A stretch of 64,000 nt of DNA from Candidatus Dormiibacterota bacterium (lineage in GTDB: Bacteria; Chloroflexota; Dormibacteria; CF-121): positions 1,317 to 65,316 of the forward strand of contig DAIPYJ010000011.1 of the NCBI GenBank assembly GCA_036782775.1, in the 5' to 3' direction. Within the stretch, counting starts at the first letter, position 1. The number at the start of each line of letters is the position of its first letter. The notes beneath the pieces are model-generated. The model saw nothing but the letters and a program-made list of their open reading frames with translations, ran no database searches and was not told where the DNA came from. Positions 18,638 to 28,806 of this stretch are shown in pieces. Both the position numbers and the translations under genes were made by a program.

Positions 18638-20176
18638 TTAAGCCAGGGCAGCGTAGAGGTGAACCTCTCCCGGGACGCCTTTCAGCTGATGATTGCCTCG
18701 ATCTGCCAGCTGGATCTCTGAACCGGCAACCACTTCTCGCAGCGCTTCTGATACCAGCACCTCGCCTCCCTTCGCCTCTGACATCACCCGTGCCGCCAGG
18801 TGGACGTTGCCGCCTTCGACGTATCGACCATCGACCTGGACTTCGCCAATGTGCACGCCAACCCGAACGTCGAGCGTCAACGGTTTAACGGCCTCGACGA
18901 TGGCATGCCCGCAGTCGATCGCGCGAGCCGGCGCGTCGAAGGTGATGAAAAATCCGTCCCCGGTCGTATCGACCTCGTGGCCGCCATAGTGCCTCAGGCA
19001 TCGGCGCACGGTGGCGCGAAATCGCTCGAGCAGCTCGCGCCATGGCCGATTGCCCATGGCGTAGGCGCGCTCGGTGGATCCAACCAGGTCGATGAAGAGC
19101 AGGGTCATGACCCTGGCTTCTGAGATGTACCGATTCGCCAGCCTCAGCGCTCGCGCTCGCGCCGGCATGAAGGCGATCGCTACCGGCACGACGGACGCAA
19201 GCAGGACGAGTTCTTCTGATTGCCGGCCCGTGACTCCGCTGAGCACCAGATTCGCCGCGCCGCTGATGGCGATGAAGGCGATGGCGAGGCCGGCAGTTAA
19301 GCCGGCATACATGAGGGTCCGATTCAGGATGTGGTCGATGTCGAACAGTCCCTGCCGGAAGATTCCGATCGCGAGGGCGAGTGGGATTCCACTGACCGCC
19401 GCCGAGAAAACCGCTCGGTTCAAGGCCTGAAAGGGGATCCCCCCTGAGGCGCTTGGACGCAAGAGCGCCCCGGTGGGGACGACTAACAGGTAGACGACGA
19501 CGAAGACAAGGCCGCCCAGCACCGCCCATTTCATCTGCTGCCGCTGAACAGGCGAAGACCGGCGCCAGTAGCGGTAGATGGCTGCGGGCATCGTGGAGGC
19601 GACCAGCGTGACCACCACGATCCTTTCCCCGATCGGACCGATCGGAAAGGCTCCAAGAAAGGGACCACCAACCGCAGGGATCAGCCAGATCAGCAGCCAC
19701 AGTGCGGAAAGCACCAGCGTCAAGCGTGATACGAAGCGCCCGTCCGGGAAGCAGAATGCCCACGGTAGGCTCAACCCCTCGGCGATGAGGAGGACGGTGG
19801 CGGGCCAGGGCGGCGCCCAAGGATTCGCTCTCCCCTCCAAGATGATGCCGGTGATCTGCGTAAACGTGCCCATCACCACTGCAAACGAAAGGAAACCACT
19901 GGCCAGAACCAGACCGAAGAGGTCGCGCGAACGCCGCACAAAGACGAGAAGGGCGAGGGCGATCCAGGCGATGAACGCCACCACGCTGAGAGCAGCAGCG
20001 CTGATGGCCGGCGCGCCGAGCGCCGCCTGGCTCTCGAGCCAGCCAGGCAGCCAGCGCAGATAGATGATGATCGCCAGCACGCCAAATAGGGCGACCAGGC
20101 CGCGGCCCACAACCAGGACCGGACCTTTGAGTTCGCGGCGAAGGAACACATCGAGCCCGGAACCCGAGGCCCTCAC
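18638..20176 (-). CDS. Membrane-bound class III adenylate/guanylate cyclase
   Basis: Multiple TM segments; LFIDLVGST, DTTGDGFF, GGNVHLAAR motifs. Confidence 0.9.
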   Translation of the reverse strand: MRASGSGLDVFLRRELKGPVLVVGRGLVALFGVLAIIIYLRWLPGWLESQAALGAPAISAAALSVVAFIAWIALALLVFVRRSRDLFGLVLASGFLSFAVVMGTFTQITGIILEGRANPWAPPWPATVLLIAEGLSLPWAFCFPDGRFVSRLTLVLSALWLLIWLIPAVGGPFLGAFPIGPIGERIVVVTLVASTMPAAIYRYWRRSSPVQRQQMKWAVLGGLVFVVVYLLVVPTGALLRPSASGGIPFQALNRAVFSAAVSGIPLALAIGIFRQGLFDIDHILNRTLMYAGLTAGLAIAFIAISGAANLVLSGVTGRQSEELVLLASVVPVAIAFMPARARALRLANRYISEARVMTLLFIDLVGSTERAYAMGNRPWRELLERFRATVRRCLRHYGGHEVDTTGDGFFITFDAPARAIDCGHAIVEAVKPLTLDVRVGVHIGEVQVDGRYVEGGNVHLAARVMSEAKGGEVLVSEALREVVAGSEIQLADRGNHQLKGVPGEVHLYAALA

Positions 20177-20339
20177 GAAGGAATTATGTGGCCGCTAAGT
20201 CAGTTTGACCATCACCAACCTGTTGACAGCTGGCAAGGCCCGGCGGACCAACTCCCGCTACTACAAGTCAATCGGCGGTGGCTACGGGGGCTACAACGAG
20301 GACCACGAGTTCTTCGGCTATCGCCAGTCGATCTGACGA

Positions 20340-20729
20340 CTAGCGATCGCGCGCTGCGTTGAGTCGTACTCCCTGGAGAATGACCGCCTTCAAAGCGGCC
20401 GCATCGATGGCTTCATGTAGGTGGAAATCGATGGCGCGAACCGTTTTGCTGTCCAGCCGCGCGTTGAAGAGCTTCTTCGGATCTTTGATGAACGCACCCT
20501 TGGGAAAGGTCAACCTGACGGCGTTCTTGAGGGCTTCACCGATACAAACGATTCCGTTATGCGACCAGACAGGCACACCTTGCGGCCTACTGGGCTTCTT
20601 CCACTTCACCTCTTCGACCAGATCGGCGTCGGCTTTCTTGATCACGGCGCGGAGCTGCGCCAGCATCTTGCCTCGCCAATCAGCACTAAGCGCCTTGATG
20701 ATCGCGGTGACCTCGGGATTGTCAGCCAA
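20340..20729 (-). CDS. DUF1801 (YdhG-like) domain protein
   Basis: EEVKW...GVPVWSHNG...LTFPKGA...KLFN pattern. Confidence 0.85.
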   Translation of the reverse strand: MADNPEVTAIIKALSADWRGKMLAQLRAVIKKADADLVEEVKWKKPSRPQGVPVWSHNGIVCIGEALKNAVRLTFPKGAFIKDPKKLFNARLDSKTVRAIDFHLHEAIDAAALKAVILQGVRLNAARDR

Positions 20730-20740
20730 GCTTCGACGAT

Positions 20741-22867
20741 CTATCCCTGAGCCTTCGGGAGCTTGACGGCCACCGTCGTTCCCTTGCCCAGTTCGCTGTC
20801 AATGATCATCACATCCCCGCCCATGCCACGGGCGAGGGTTCGCGAAATGAAGAGGCCCAACCCACTGCCTGACTTGGTGGCCATAACGCTCGGAGCCAGC
20901 CGAACGAAGCGCTCGAACACCCGCTCCCGACTGTCCATCGGGATGCCGATCCCTGCATCGCGCACCAGGACCATCGGCTCAGCGCCGTCCTCGACTCGTA
21001 TCTGTATGTGCGCCGGCGCCACACTGTAGTCGAGAGCGTTGCGGATCAGATTATCTAGGACAAGGGACAAGTGGTCACCGTCACCCAGCGCATGCACACT
21101 CTCACGAGGCCCTTCGAAGGCACACCGGGCGGCCTCGAGTTCGACTCGTGGCTGCGCCCTTCGGATGGCGGCCCGGGCTTCAGCCACCAGATCGATTCGT
21201 CGAACCGCCGGTTCGAGCTGGTTTGCCTCGGCCCGCGCCGCCACCAGGAGTGATTCCACGAGGCGCTCGAGGCTAGCCAGCTCGGTCTCGATGATGGACA
21301 TGGGGTGATTCCATCCATCCGGCGCGATTCCCAGGCTGCCGTCCATGAGAAGCGACCAGTAGCCCTTCAGGACGGTCAGAGGCGTCCGTAGCTCATGTCC
21401 GGCCAGGTTCAGGAATTCCCTTTTCGCGGCCTCGCCTTGCCTGGCTTCCTGGAGTAGATGGCCCATCTGCAGGAGCAGAGCGGCCACAGCCGTGAACTGA
21501 CGGACCCCCTGGATCTCATCCTCGACAAACGGCTCGTTCGGACGGCACCGGAATAGATTCAGAAGACCGATTGGCTCGCCAACAACGCTCAGCGGCAAAA
21601 TCACTGCTGGCCCCGGCCCATGAGTTTTGTCCGCGGAATTGTCAGGCGGGAATAACGCTTCAACCTCAGCCCATTCGGTGTGGACAGGGCTCCCGGTCCG
21701 CAGGGCGGTCTGCATGACTGCGGAGACCGAGACGCGAGCGCGAGGAACACGGACTTGATTGCCTTCGACATCGAGGCAATCCTCAATAACCAGCCCGCCC
21801 TCCTCCAGCTTGCAGATCGACCCTCCGTCGGCGCCGGCCATCGAAATCGCCCGGCGGAGAAGGTTGCGGAGCAACGTGCTCAGTTCGGGTTCGCTCGCCA
21901 ACTCCTGCCCCAGCTCGAGTGCCGCCCGCAACCGTTCTTCGCTATTGACGGCTGCATCCTTTTGGCGGACCGCCTCATTGAAGAGTCGCGCGTTGTGAAG
22001 CGCCAGGGCCGCTGGCATCGCCATCCGCTCGATCGCTGTTTGCTGGTCGTGGCTGAACGCGGCCTCCCGCCGTCCGACGATCAGGAGACCGATGACCTGA
22101 TCCCCCATCACGAGCGGGACGTTGAGCCGATACGACAGCTCACCGATAAACGGCCTGAGAGTTTCAGACAGGTGGGTCAGCTCATTTGGGCCAGAGGGCG
22201 TGGGTTTGCGCGCACGCACCGCCGCGAGCACCCCCGGAACGGACAGTCGCCAACGCGAGCCGATGGGAAGCGGCTGCCGACGAGCGTCTTGCGAAGCCTC
22301 GACGATGCCCTCGTCACCTTCGATTCGTGCCACGGTCGCGTGGGTAGCCTGAGCTGCACCCACGGCCAGCGTCAGCAGCCGGTCGAGCACCGCTTCCGGC
22401 TGGAGGCTCGAGTTCAACTGGGCAGACACCTGATTCAAAAATTCGAGTTGACTCATCGCCGTCCGCAGCGCGGTGACATCGCGGTTGATTTCAAGGATGC
22501 CGACGGGACGCCCGGCAGCATCAGATTGCAGTGCCCACCTGGCGTCGACCATCATCTGGGCGCCATCCCGCCGCGTCTGGACAAGGCTGCCTCCCCATCG
22601 CCCCGAGCGGATGACCTCGGCCTCGATCTCTGCTCGGGGCCGATCGTGAACCGTACGGAGGAGCTCGAATGACTTTCGGCCGAGCGCCTCGGCCCCCCGC
22701 CAGCCATAGACGTCCTCGGCGCCGCGATTCCAGTAGGTGATCACGCTCTCCGGTAATGCGAGCGTGAAGATCGCGTCGTAGGCAAGATCGAGGAGCCGCG
22801 CTTCAGGGCTGCCCGGGTGAAGTCGCTGGTCTATCGAACTCTGGGTCGTCCCGGCGGACTCGGGCAT
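20741..22867 (-). CDS. PAS-GAF-GAF sensor histidine kinase
   Basis: PAS (YWNRGAEDVYGW), H-box GHELRTPL, N-box DNLIRNA, DAGIG and GSGLGL boxes. Confidence 0.92.
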   Translation of the reverse strand: MPESAGTTQSSIDQRLHPGSPEARLLDLAYDAIFTLALPESVITYWNRGAEDVYGWRGAEALGRKSFELLRTVHDRPRAEIEAEVIRSGRWGGSLVQTRRDGAQMMVDARWALQSDAAGRPVGILEINRDVTALRTAMSQLEFLNQVSAQLNSSLQPEAVLDRLLTLAVGAAQATHATVARIEGDEGIVEASQDARRQPLPIGSRWRLSVPGVLAAVRARKPTPSGPNELTHLSETLRPFIGELSYRLNVPLVMGDQVIGLLIVGRREAAFSHDQQTAIERMAMPAALALHNARLFNEAVRQKDAAVNSEERLRAALELGQELASEPELSTLLRNLLRRAISMAGADGGSICKLEEGGLVIEDCLDVEGNQVRVPRARVSVSAVMQTALRTGSPVHTEWAEVEALFPPDNSADKTHGPGPAVILPLSVVGEPIGLLNLFRCRPNEPFVEDEIQGVRQFTAVAALLLQMGHLLQEARQGEAAKREFLNLAGHELRTPLTVLKGYWSLLMDGSLGIAPDGWNHPMSIIETELASLERLVESLLVAARAEANQLEPAVRRIDLVAEARAAIRRAQPRVELEAARCAFEGPRESVHALGDGDHLSLVLDNLIRNALDYSVAPAHIQIRVEDGAEPMVLVRDAGIGIPMDSRERVFERFVRLAPSVMATKSGSGLGLFISRTLARGMGGDVMIIDSELGKGTTVAVKLPKAQG

Positions 22868-22892
22868 GTGCCTTCTCGCTGCTCTTCAAACA

Positions 22893-23411
22893 TCAGCGAC
22901 ACCATCTCGATAGCTGCGCGGCCAGGTCCTGGGGCATCATGCGGCTCTTCAAAAGGTAGTCGCGTGCACCCAGGCTGAGAGCTTCCTGCTGCAGGACTTG
23001 ATCGTCGTAGTTGGTCAGGACCACAACCGGTGTACTGGTGCCAACCCGCTCTCCCATCATCGTCCGTAACATCCCGAGTCCATCCATGCGCGGCATTCTC
23101 AGGTCAAGCAGGACGATGTCGAAGTGGCCCGACCGGATGGCGTCGAGGCCGGCCAGGCCATCGGCCGCAAGCCTGACGATGTGGCCGCGGAGCCTCAGGA
23201 CCGTCGCGTACAGCTCGGCCACGGCAGGGTCGTCTTCTACGAGCAAGACATGGCAGCGCCTGCTCGAGGTTTTTTGGTTTCGAGACTCCGTGCGCTTGTG
23301 ACCCAACTCCCGCCCGGGGTCCGGGCCGGCCTCGAGAGCCCATTGGCCGAAAGGGGCTGAAAGCGAGTCGGGCGGCACCTGAGCCTGCAGCCGGCCTGTG
23401 GAGATTGCCAC
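22893..23411 (-). CDS. Response regulator receiver protein with N-terminal extension
   Basis: VLLVEDD, LLDLRMP, YLLK motifs. Confidence 0.85.
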   Translation of the reverse strand: MAISTGRLQAQVPPDSLSAPFGQWALEAGPDPGRELGHKRTESRNQKTSSRRCHVLLVEDDPAVAELYATVLRLRGHIVRLAADGLAGLDAIRSGHFDIVLLDLRMPRMDGLGMLRTMMGERVGTSTPVVVLTNYDDQVLQQEALSLGARDYLLKSRMMPQDLAAQLSRWCR

Positions 23412-23419
23412 GGTCCGCT

Positions 23420-23448
23420 ATTGTAAAGAATGATAGCACCGCTGTCAA
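23420..23448 (-). promoter_or_regulatory. Near-consensus sigma-70 promoter of the receiver/kinase operon
   Basis: TTGACA-17 nt-TACAAT ending 8 nt before GTG 23411. Confidence 0.8.
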
Positions 23449-23504
23449 TAAATAACCCCTAGAGAATTGCACCCAAAGCGAAATCAGCCACTCGGCCGAC
23501 CGCC

Positions 23505-25322
23505 ATGGCTGACGTGAAGCGCCTAATGGAGAGGTTGTCCCCACCTGCTATCGGTGATTACGCCCTGCTGGGAGATGCCCGAACCGCCGCGCTGATCTCC
23601 CGCCGAGGATCGATCAACTGGCTCTGTATTCCGGCATTTGATGGGGAGCCAGTCTTCGGGCGGCTGATCGACCAGCAAAGCGGCGGAAGATTCGAGCTGG
23701 AAGTGGACGGCGAGGTCGAGGGCCGTTCCTATCGGGACGGATCCGCCGTCCTCGAAACGCGCTGGCGAGGCCGATCCGGCAGCGCCATTGTCACCGAGGC
23801 GATGCCGGTGACCGTCAAGGGCCTGCGTCCCCAGCTGGCCTTGATTCGGGAAGTGCGCTGCACCGGCGGCGAGGTCGAGGCGAGGATCCTGTTCGATCCG
23901 AGGCTCGGCCTCCCCGGACGTAAGCCACGCTCGAGTCGTCGCGGCCCCGCGCTCCTCTGTGACTGGGGCTCGATTGCCGTACTCCTCCAATGCTTCGGCC
24001 AGGATGCGCCACCGCCCGAAAGGCCGACATCAGTTCACCTCCGCGCCGGGACGACGCTGACGCTCGTCCTTTCCCTTGCCGATCGAACCCCGGCCATTTT
24101 CCTCACACCCGCTGACGTCGATCGTCTGCTCGCTGAGACGGATTCGGATTGGAAGAAATGGAGCGGCGAGATCAAGTACTTCGGTCCGTTTCGTGAGGCC
24201 GTGATCCGCAGCCTGATCACACTCCGCATGCTGACGTTTTCGCCATCCGGCGCCCCGGTGGCTGCGCCGACGACATCGCTGCCCGAGCGGATCGGCGGCG
24301 ACCTCAACTGGGACTACCGCTACGCCTGGCCGCGCGACGCGAGCCTTGGTTCGGGCGCCTTTATGGCAACCGGCAAGGCCGAGGAGGCGAAGGCCTTCCT
24401 CCGCTGGCTCGAGATTGCCAGCCGGCTGACTCTGCCTCGAATGCGCGTCCTCTACACGCTCATGGGGAATCCGGCCAAGCGCGAGCGCGAGTTGCGCAAC
24501 GTTTCCGGTTTCCAGGGCAGTTTGCCGGTGAGGGTATCGAACCTGGCCTCAGAACAGCACCAGCTCGATGTCTACGGCTGGGTCGTCGATACGGCCTGGC
24601 ACCTGGTAAGCATGGGCTGCGAGCTCGACGGGCCCAGCTGGCGAATGATCCGCGACCTCGCGGATTTCGCCTGCACCTGCTGGCGCGACCCAGACTCCGG
24701 GATCTGGGAGGAACGTGGTGTGCTGCGCCACTACGTCTCCTCGAAGTTCCTCGCCTTCGTGGCGCTCGATCGAGCGGCGCGGATCGCGCGACATCGCCGC
24801 AGCGATTTGCAAAAGGCCGCTCAGTGGGAGCGCGAGCGCGATGCACTGCGATCGGACGTCCGCGAGCATGGATGGAACAACGGCCTCAACTCGTACGCGG
24901 CTTCCTATGACTCGAACAACCTGGACGCTTCACTGCTGCTCCTCGGCATGTCAGAACTCGATGGCGACCGGCCGGAGCGTTTGCGATTCACGATCGACGC
25001 GATTCGCAGGAAACTCAGCGCCGGTGGGCCGCTTCTTTATCGCTACCTGCCGGCTGACGGCAAAGCGACCGAAGGGGCATTTCTCGCCTGCAGCTTCTGG
25101 TTGATTGATGCGCTCGCACGAAACGGCGATATCGACGAGGCGGAACGGCTCATGTCTGCGGCCATCGCCTTCGGCGGCGAGCTTGGCCTGTTACCGGAGG
25201 AGATCGATCCTTCGAGCGGCGGGGCGCTGGGAAATTTCCCGCAGGCGCTCAGCCACTCGAGCCTGGTCGGGGCGGCGCTGTCGATCGAGGAGGCTAAGGC
25301 TTCAAGAACGCGCCCAGGATAG
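23505..25322 (+). CDS. Glycoside hydrolase family 15 (trehalase-like)
   Basis: IGDYALLGDARTAAL, NWDYRYAWPRD, GIWEER, GNFPQALSH motifs. Confidence 0.92.
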   Translation: MADVKRLMERLSPPAIGDYALLGDARTAALISRRGSINWLCIPAFDGEPVFGRLIDQQSGGRFELEVDGEVEGRSYRDGSAVLETRWRGRSGSAIVTEAMPVTVKGLRPQLALIREVRCTGGEVEARILFDPRLGLPGRKPRSSRRGPALLCDWGSIAVLLQCFGQDAPPPERPTSVHLRAGTTLTLVLSLADRTPAIFLTPADVDRLLAETDSDWKKWSGEIKYFGPFREAVIRSLITLRMLTFSPSGAPVAAPTTSLPERIGGDLNWDYRYAWPRDASLGSGAFMATGKAEEAKAFLRWLEIASRLTLPRMRVLYTLMGNPAKRERELRNVSGFQGSLPVRVSNLASEQHQLDVYGWVVDTAWHLVSMGCELDGPSWRMIRDLADFACTCWRDPDSGIWEERGVLRHYVSSKFLAFVALDRAARIARHRRSDLQKAAQWERERDALRSDVREHGWNNGLNSYAASYDSNNLDASLLLLGMSELDGDRPERLRFTIDAIRRKLSAGGPLLYRYLPADGKATEGAFLACSFWLIDALARNGDIDEAERLMSAAIAFGGELGLLPEEIDPSSGGALGNFPQALSHSSLVGAALSIEEAKASRTRPG

Positions 25323-25764
25323 CGCCGTAGATCACGTGCGCGAAGATCGTCACCGCGACCGTGCGGCTGCCGTAGTTGCGAGCGAAGAGGGCGGGCGGCT
25401 CCAGCACGGCGAAGTCAAGGCCGGCGCGTTCGGACGCCATCCGCGGATGGATGGACGGTAGCGCCGGAATGATCAGGGTAAGGGCGAGCAGTCCGTGCAC
25501 CAGGCCGAAGAGACCGCCAAGCAGCACGCCGGAGTGTCCGATGAGCGAGAAGCCCGACGCGTAGAAGAGCGCGAAGACCTGTCCGTTGAAGAAATGGATC
25601 ACGATTCCGGGGAGCTTGGCCCGGTCCAGGTCTGCCGTGAACAGCGTCCCCAGCATGGTCGGCAGGTCCATGCGGGTCTGCCGCCAGAGCTGTGCCGCGA
25701 CCAGGATCGCGGTGAGCACGGCGGTCGCAATGAATCCGAACGTCAGCCAGCCGAGCCAGTCCAC
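25294..25764 (-). CDS. Four-TM membrane protein
   Basis: Hydrophobic helices with His residues (IHFFNG, VHGL, AHVIYG). Confidence 0.7.
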   Translation of the reverse strand: MDWLGWLTFGFIATAVLTAILVAAQLWRQTRMDLPTMLGTLFTADLDRAKLPGIVIHFFNGQVFALFYASGFSLIGHSGVLLGGLFGLVHGLLALTLIIPALPSIHPRMASERAGLDFAVLEPPALFARNYGSRTVAVTIFAHVIYGAILGAFLKP

Positions 25765-26796
25765 CTATCGGCCGTGGCGATGAAGGCGTCCGCCGGGGCG
25801 CAACAGGTTCACCGCGAGCGCCGTGAGGGCGGCCGCCGCGATCCATCGCCGGTGGCTGCTGGCAAGGAACTGCCAGCTGACGCCATGCGACTGGGCATCG
25901 AAGCTGCCATGCGCGCCGCGGTCCTCATCCGAATCGAGCGCCTTATATAGGTTGTTTTGACGGCCCGGGTCCTCGGGTTGGTCGGTCTGCTGCGCCATGA
26001 AGCCTTTTCTTCCCAGGTACCAGTCCAGGAGACCCGGCGCCAGCTTGTCGAGGAGCAGCGTCTGTGCAGTCGGGCCTCCAACCCAGACCTCTCGCCGGTT
26101 GTGGCGGGACGCCCAGACTACTGCTTTAGCCGCCACCTCTGGTTGGAAGATCGGCGGGACCGGCTGAGCTCGCCTGGGAAGACGCGACTTGACCCAGGAG
26201 AATTGTGGGGTGTTCAGCGCCGGCAGTTGAACCATCGTGATGCGCACGTTGCTTCGGTCGTGAATCAACTCAGCCCTGATGGACTCGGTGAAGCCCTGGA
26301 TCGCGTGCTTCGCCCCGCAATACGCCGACTGAAGCGGGATTCCGCGATATGCAAGCGCTGAGCCGACCTGCACGATCACGCCACGATTCCGGGGAAGCAT
26401 GCGCTTGAGCGCGCTCATGGTGCCGTGCACGGTGCCGAGATAGGTGACATCGGTCACCCGCCGAAACTCATCCGCTTCCATCTGCTTGAAGGGCGAGAAG
26501 ACCGAGAGCATCGCGTTGTTCACCCAGACATCGATCGGGCCCAGTTCGGCCTCAACCGCGCTCGCGGCCGCTTCCACCTGGGCGGCGTCACCAACGTCGG
26601 TTTGAATCACAACCGCTCGCCCACCCTGCTGTTCGACGTCGAGTGCCGCCGCCTTAAGCCCGGCCGCCCCGCGTGCCAGAAGACCGACGGAAACACCACG
26701 CCTCGCAAACGCCTGCGCAATCGCGCGGCCAACGCCGGCGCTTGCCCCTGCCACCACGACGACCTGTCGAACGGGCGCTACGGCCACGGCTGGCAC
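25765..26796 (-). CDS. SDR family oxidoreductase
   Basis: GASAGVG, VNNA, YCGAK motifs. Confidence 0.92.
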   Translation of the reverse strand: MPAVAVAPVRQVVVVAGASAGVGRAIAQAFARRGVSVGLLARGAAGLKAAALDVEQQGGRAVVIQTDVGDAAQVEAAASAVEAELGPIDVWVNNAMLSVFSPFKQMEADEFRRVTDVTYLGTVHGTMSALKRMLPRNRGVIVQVGSALAYRGIPLQSAYCGAKHAIQGFTESIRAELIHDRSNVRITMVQLPALNTPQFSWVKSRLPRRAQPVPPIFQPEVAAKAVVWASRHNRREVWVGGPTAQTLLLDKLAPGLLDWYLGRKGFMAQQTDQPEDPGRQNNLYKALDSDEDRGAHGSFDAQSHGVSWQFLASSHRRWIAAAALTALAVNLLRPGGRLHRHGR

Positions 26797-26848
26797 CTCA
26801 TTTGACTCGGGCTGATCGGCCGACCTATAAAGAATCTAGGTTATTTTT

Positions 26849-27727
26849 ATGCAAGCGTCCAAACTTCAGGAGTCGGTCCCCAGTAAGGCTGTCGGTTACC
26901 TCGAGGACATGCCCTGGGTCGAGAAAACAGCCGGGGTGGTAGCCGATGCGCTGGCTCCGGTTGCGAGCGCTGCTGAAGACGCCGGCGTGATGGACGTCCT
27001 GCATGGACGCTGGCTTGGCCATGCGCTGCACCCGGTATTGAGTGACCTGCCCATAGGACTGTGGACGGCGGCCGCTCTCTTCGATGTCGTCGAGATGGAC
27101 GCGCCCGCGACGTTGATGAGCGCTTCGGGTTCGGCTGCGGCGGTTGCCACGGCGGTGACTGGCCTTGCCGACTGGACCGTTACGCATGGACGAGACCGGA
27201 GGCTGGGTCTCCTCCACGGACTCATCAATGCAACCGCACTGGTCGTTCAGCTCGATTCCCTCTATCACAGAATCCGTCGACGGCGCGGTCCGGCTCGCGG
27301 TCTCGGCATGGCCGGGTGGCTACTCGCACTCGGCGCCGCCTATTTCGGGGGTGAGCTGGTGTTTGGCCGGGGGCTCATGGTCGATCACAACGCCTGGGCG
27401 AACGGGCCGGAGCGATGGACGGCAGTCCTTCCGGAGGCAAAGTTGGTGGAAGGCAAGCCTCAGAAAGTCCAGCTGGATGGCGGTCATCCCATTCTTCTTT
27501 ATCGGGAAGCGGGCGAGGTATACGCCATGGAAGAAACGTGCTCGCATGCCGGGGGCCCGTTGGCGGAGGGAAAAGTCAACCGCGGCGTCGTGACCTGTCC
27601 CTGGCATGGATCGCAGTTCCGGCTGACTGACGGGTCGCTGCGTCGAGGTCCCGCGACCTTCCCGCAGCTGCGCCTCGAGACGCGCATCAATTCCGGCCAG
27701 GTGGAGGTTCGCGGCCGGCAGGGCTGA
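26849..27727 (+). CDS. DUF2231-type membrane domain + Rieske [2Fe-2S] domain protein
   Basis: HALHPVLSDLPIG, LLHGLIN; Rieske CSHAGG...CPWHGSQF. Possible promoter TTGACT-18-TATAAA at 26802-26831. Confidence 0.9.
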   Translation: MQASKLQESVPSKAVGYLEDMPWVEKTAGVVADALAPVASAAEDAGVMDVLHGRWLGHALHPVLSDLPIGLWTAAALFDVVEMDAPATLMSASGSAAAVATAVTGLADWTVTHGRDRRLGLLHGLINATALVVQLDSLYHRIRRRRGPARGLGMAGWLLALGAAYFGGELVFGRGLMVDHNAWANGPERWTAVLPEAKLVEGKPQKVQLDGGHPILLYREAGEVYAMEETCSHAGGPLAEGKVNRGVVTCPWHGSQFRLTDGSLRRGPATFPQLRLETRINSGQVEVRGRQG

Positions 27728-27772
27728 ACTGCTATTTAGAACGACGGGCTGGAAGGGACTGGGAACGGCCGC

Positions 27773-28117
27773 CTAGCCGCTGGTGACGACGACCGTGCCT
27801 TTCATATTCTGCGGATGGAAGGAGCAGTCGTACTGGTAGGTCCCGGGCGAGGAGAAGGTAAAGGTGATCGACTGGCCCGGGCGCATGACGCCGACCACCT
27901 TGCCGTTCTGGGCCGGGATTCGAACCGAATGAGTGAAATTGTCGTGATTTGTCCAGGTCACGGTGGTGCCGGCTTTGACCGTGATCTGGGCCGGCGAAAA
28001 GAGATAGGACGGCGGTAGATCGACATGGTCGGTTGCGACGGTCTTGGATGCCTGGCCGCCGCAAGCCGCAAGCGCGAGCGCGAGCGTGAGCGCCAGGAGG
28101 GGGACTCTGGCGCTCAC
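27773..28117 (-). CDS. Cupredoxin/plastocyanin-like lipoprotein
   Basis: Lipobox LAAC; WTNHDNFTHSV and YDCSFHPQNM type-1 copper ligands. Confidence 0.9.
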   Translation of the reverse strand: MSARVPLLALTLALALAACGGQASKTVATDHVDLPPSYLFSPAQITVKAGTTVTWTNHDNFTHSVRIPAQNGKVVGVMRPGQSITFTFSSPGTYQYDCSFHPQNMKGTVVVTSG

Positions 28118-28140
28118 GGAGAGGAGGCGAGGGCGCAACG

Positions 28141-28440
28141 CTAGGCCCGGCTCAGCCCGGTGCGCAACACGCGCTGGCTGGCCCAGGTAAAGACGAGGAT
28201 GAAGGCGACCACGTCCAGCACCTCGCTGATGGTGTGCGCGAACAGGAAGACCGTCCAGTCGAGGTGATAGGTCATGTAGCTGATCTCGGCCAGCGCGAAG
28301 AGGGCGAAGCCCCATCCAAGGAGCGACTGTCCCTTGCTAAACGACTGCTGGGCGAAATAGGCACCGATGAGGAAAAGGACGACGTGAATCAGCAGGAAGA
28401 CGGGCGGCGGAATGCTATTGACGAAGCTACCGATTGGCAT
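28141..28440 (-). CDS. Small 3-TM His-containing membrane protein
   Basis: Hydrophobic; LIHVV, MTYHLDW, FAHTISE; GGAGG RBS. Confidence 0.75.
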   Translation of the reverse strand: MPIGSFVNSIPPPVFLLIHVVLFLIGAYFAQQSFSKGQSLLGWGFALFALAEISYMTYHLDWTVFLFAHTISEVLDVVAFILVFTWASQRVLRTGLSRA

Positions 28441-28705
28441 GCGAATACCTCCTTGCTTTGATGGTTGTCTGAGAGCGTCGCGGCGGAAAGATTGACTCCA
28501 GCACGACGGCGGCCAACGTGATCACCATCCCGGCGAGGATGATCAGGTGGCCGGTCTGCTGGGCGGGCGTGAATGAGCCGTAATACCCGGGCGCCTGCAG
28601 GTGCGCCATCGTGTCGTAGATCGTCCCGAGCACGATGACGAGTACCCCGAAGCGGGCGAACGGCGGGAACTGCTTCCAGGCGATCACGAGCGGGTTGCGG
28701 GCCAT
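28427..28705 (-). CDS. Small 2-TM membrane protein
   Basis: Two TM helices with DTMAH and QQTGHL; overlaps the next gene's start. Confidence 0.65.
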   Translation of the reverse strand: MARNPLVIAWKQFPPFARFGVLVIVLGTIYDTMAHLQAPGYYGSFTPAQQTGHLIILAGMVITLAAVVLESIFPPRRSQTTIKARRYSHANR

Positions 28706-28717
28706 CTTGTGTCTTCC

Positions 28718-28745
28718 TATAAAACTAATTAGCATTAGTTTTATA
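28718..28745. promoter_or_regulatory. Perfect inverted repeat, probable operator
   Basis: TATAAAACTAAT-TAGC-ATTAGTTTTATA; AT-rich, between divergent genes. Confidence 0.75.
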
Positions 28746-28806
28746 TGAGCGGCGTGACGGAAGTCAAGTTTGATGCGCAAAAGGATCTGCATTTAAATTG
28801 GGCCCG

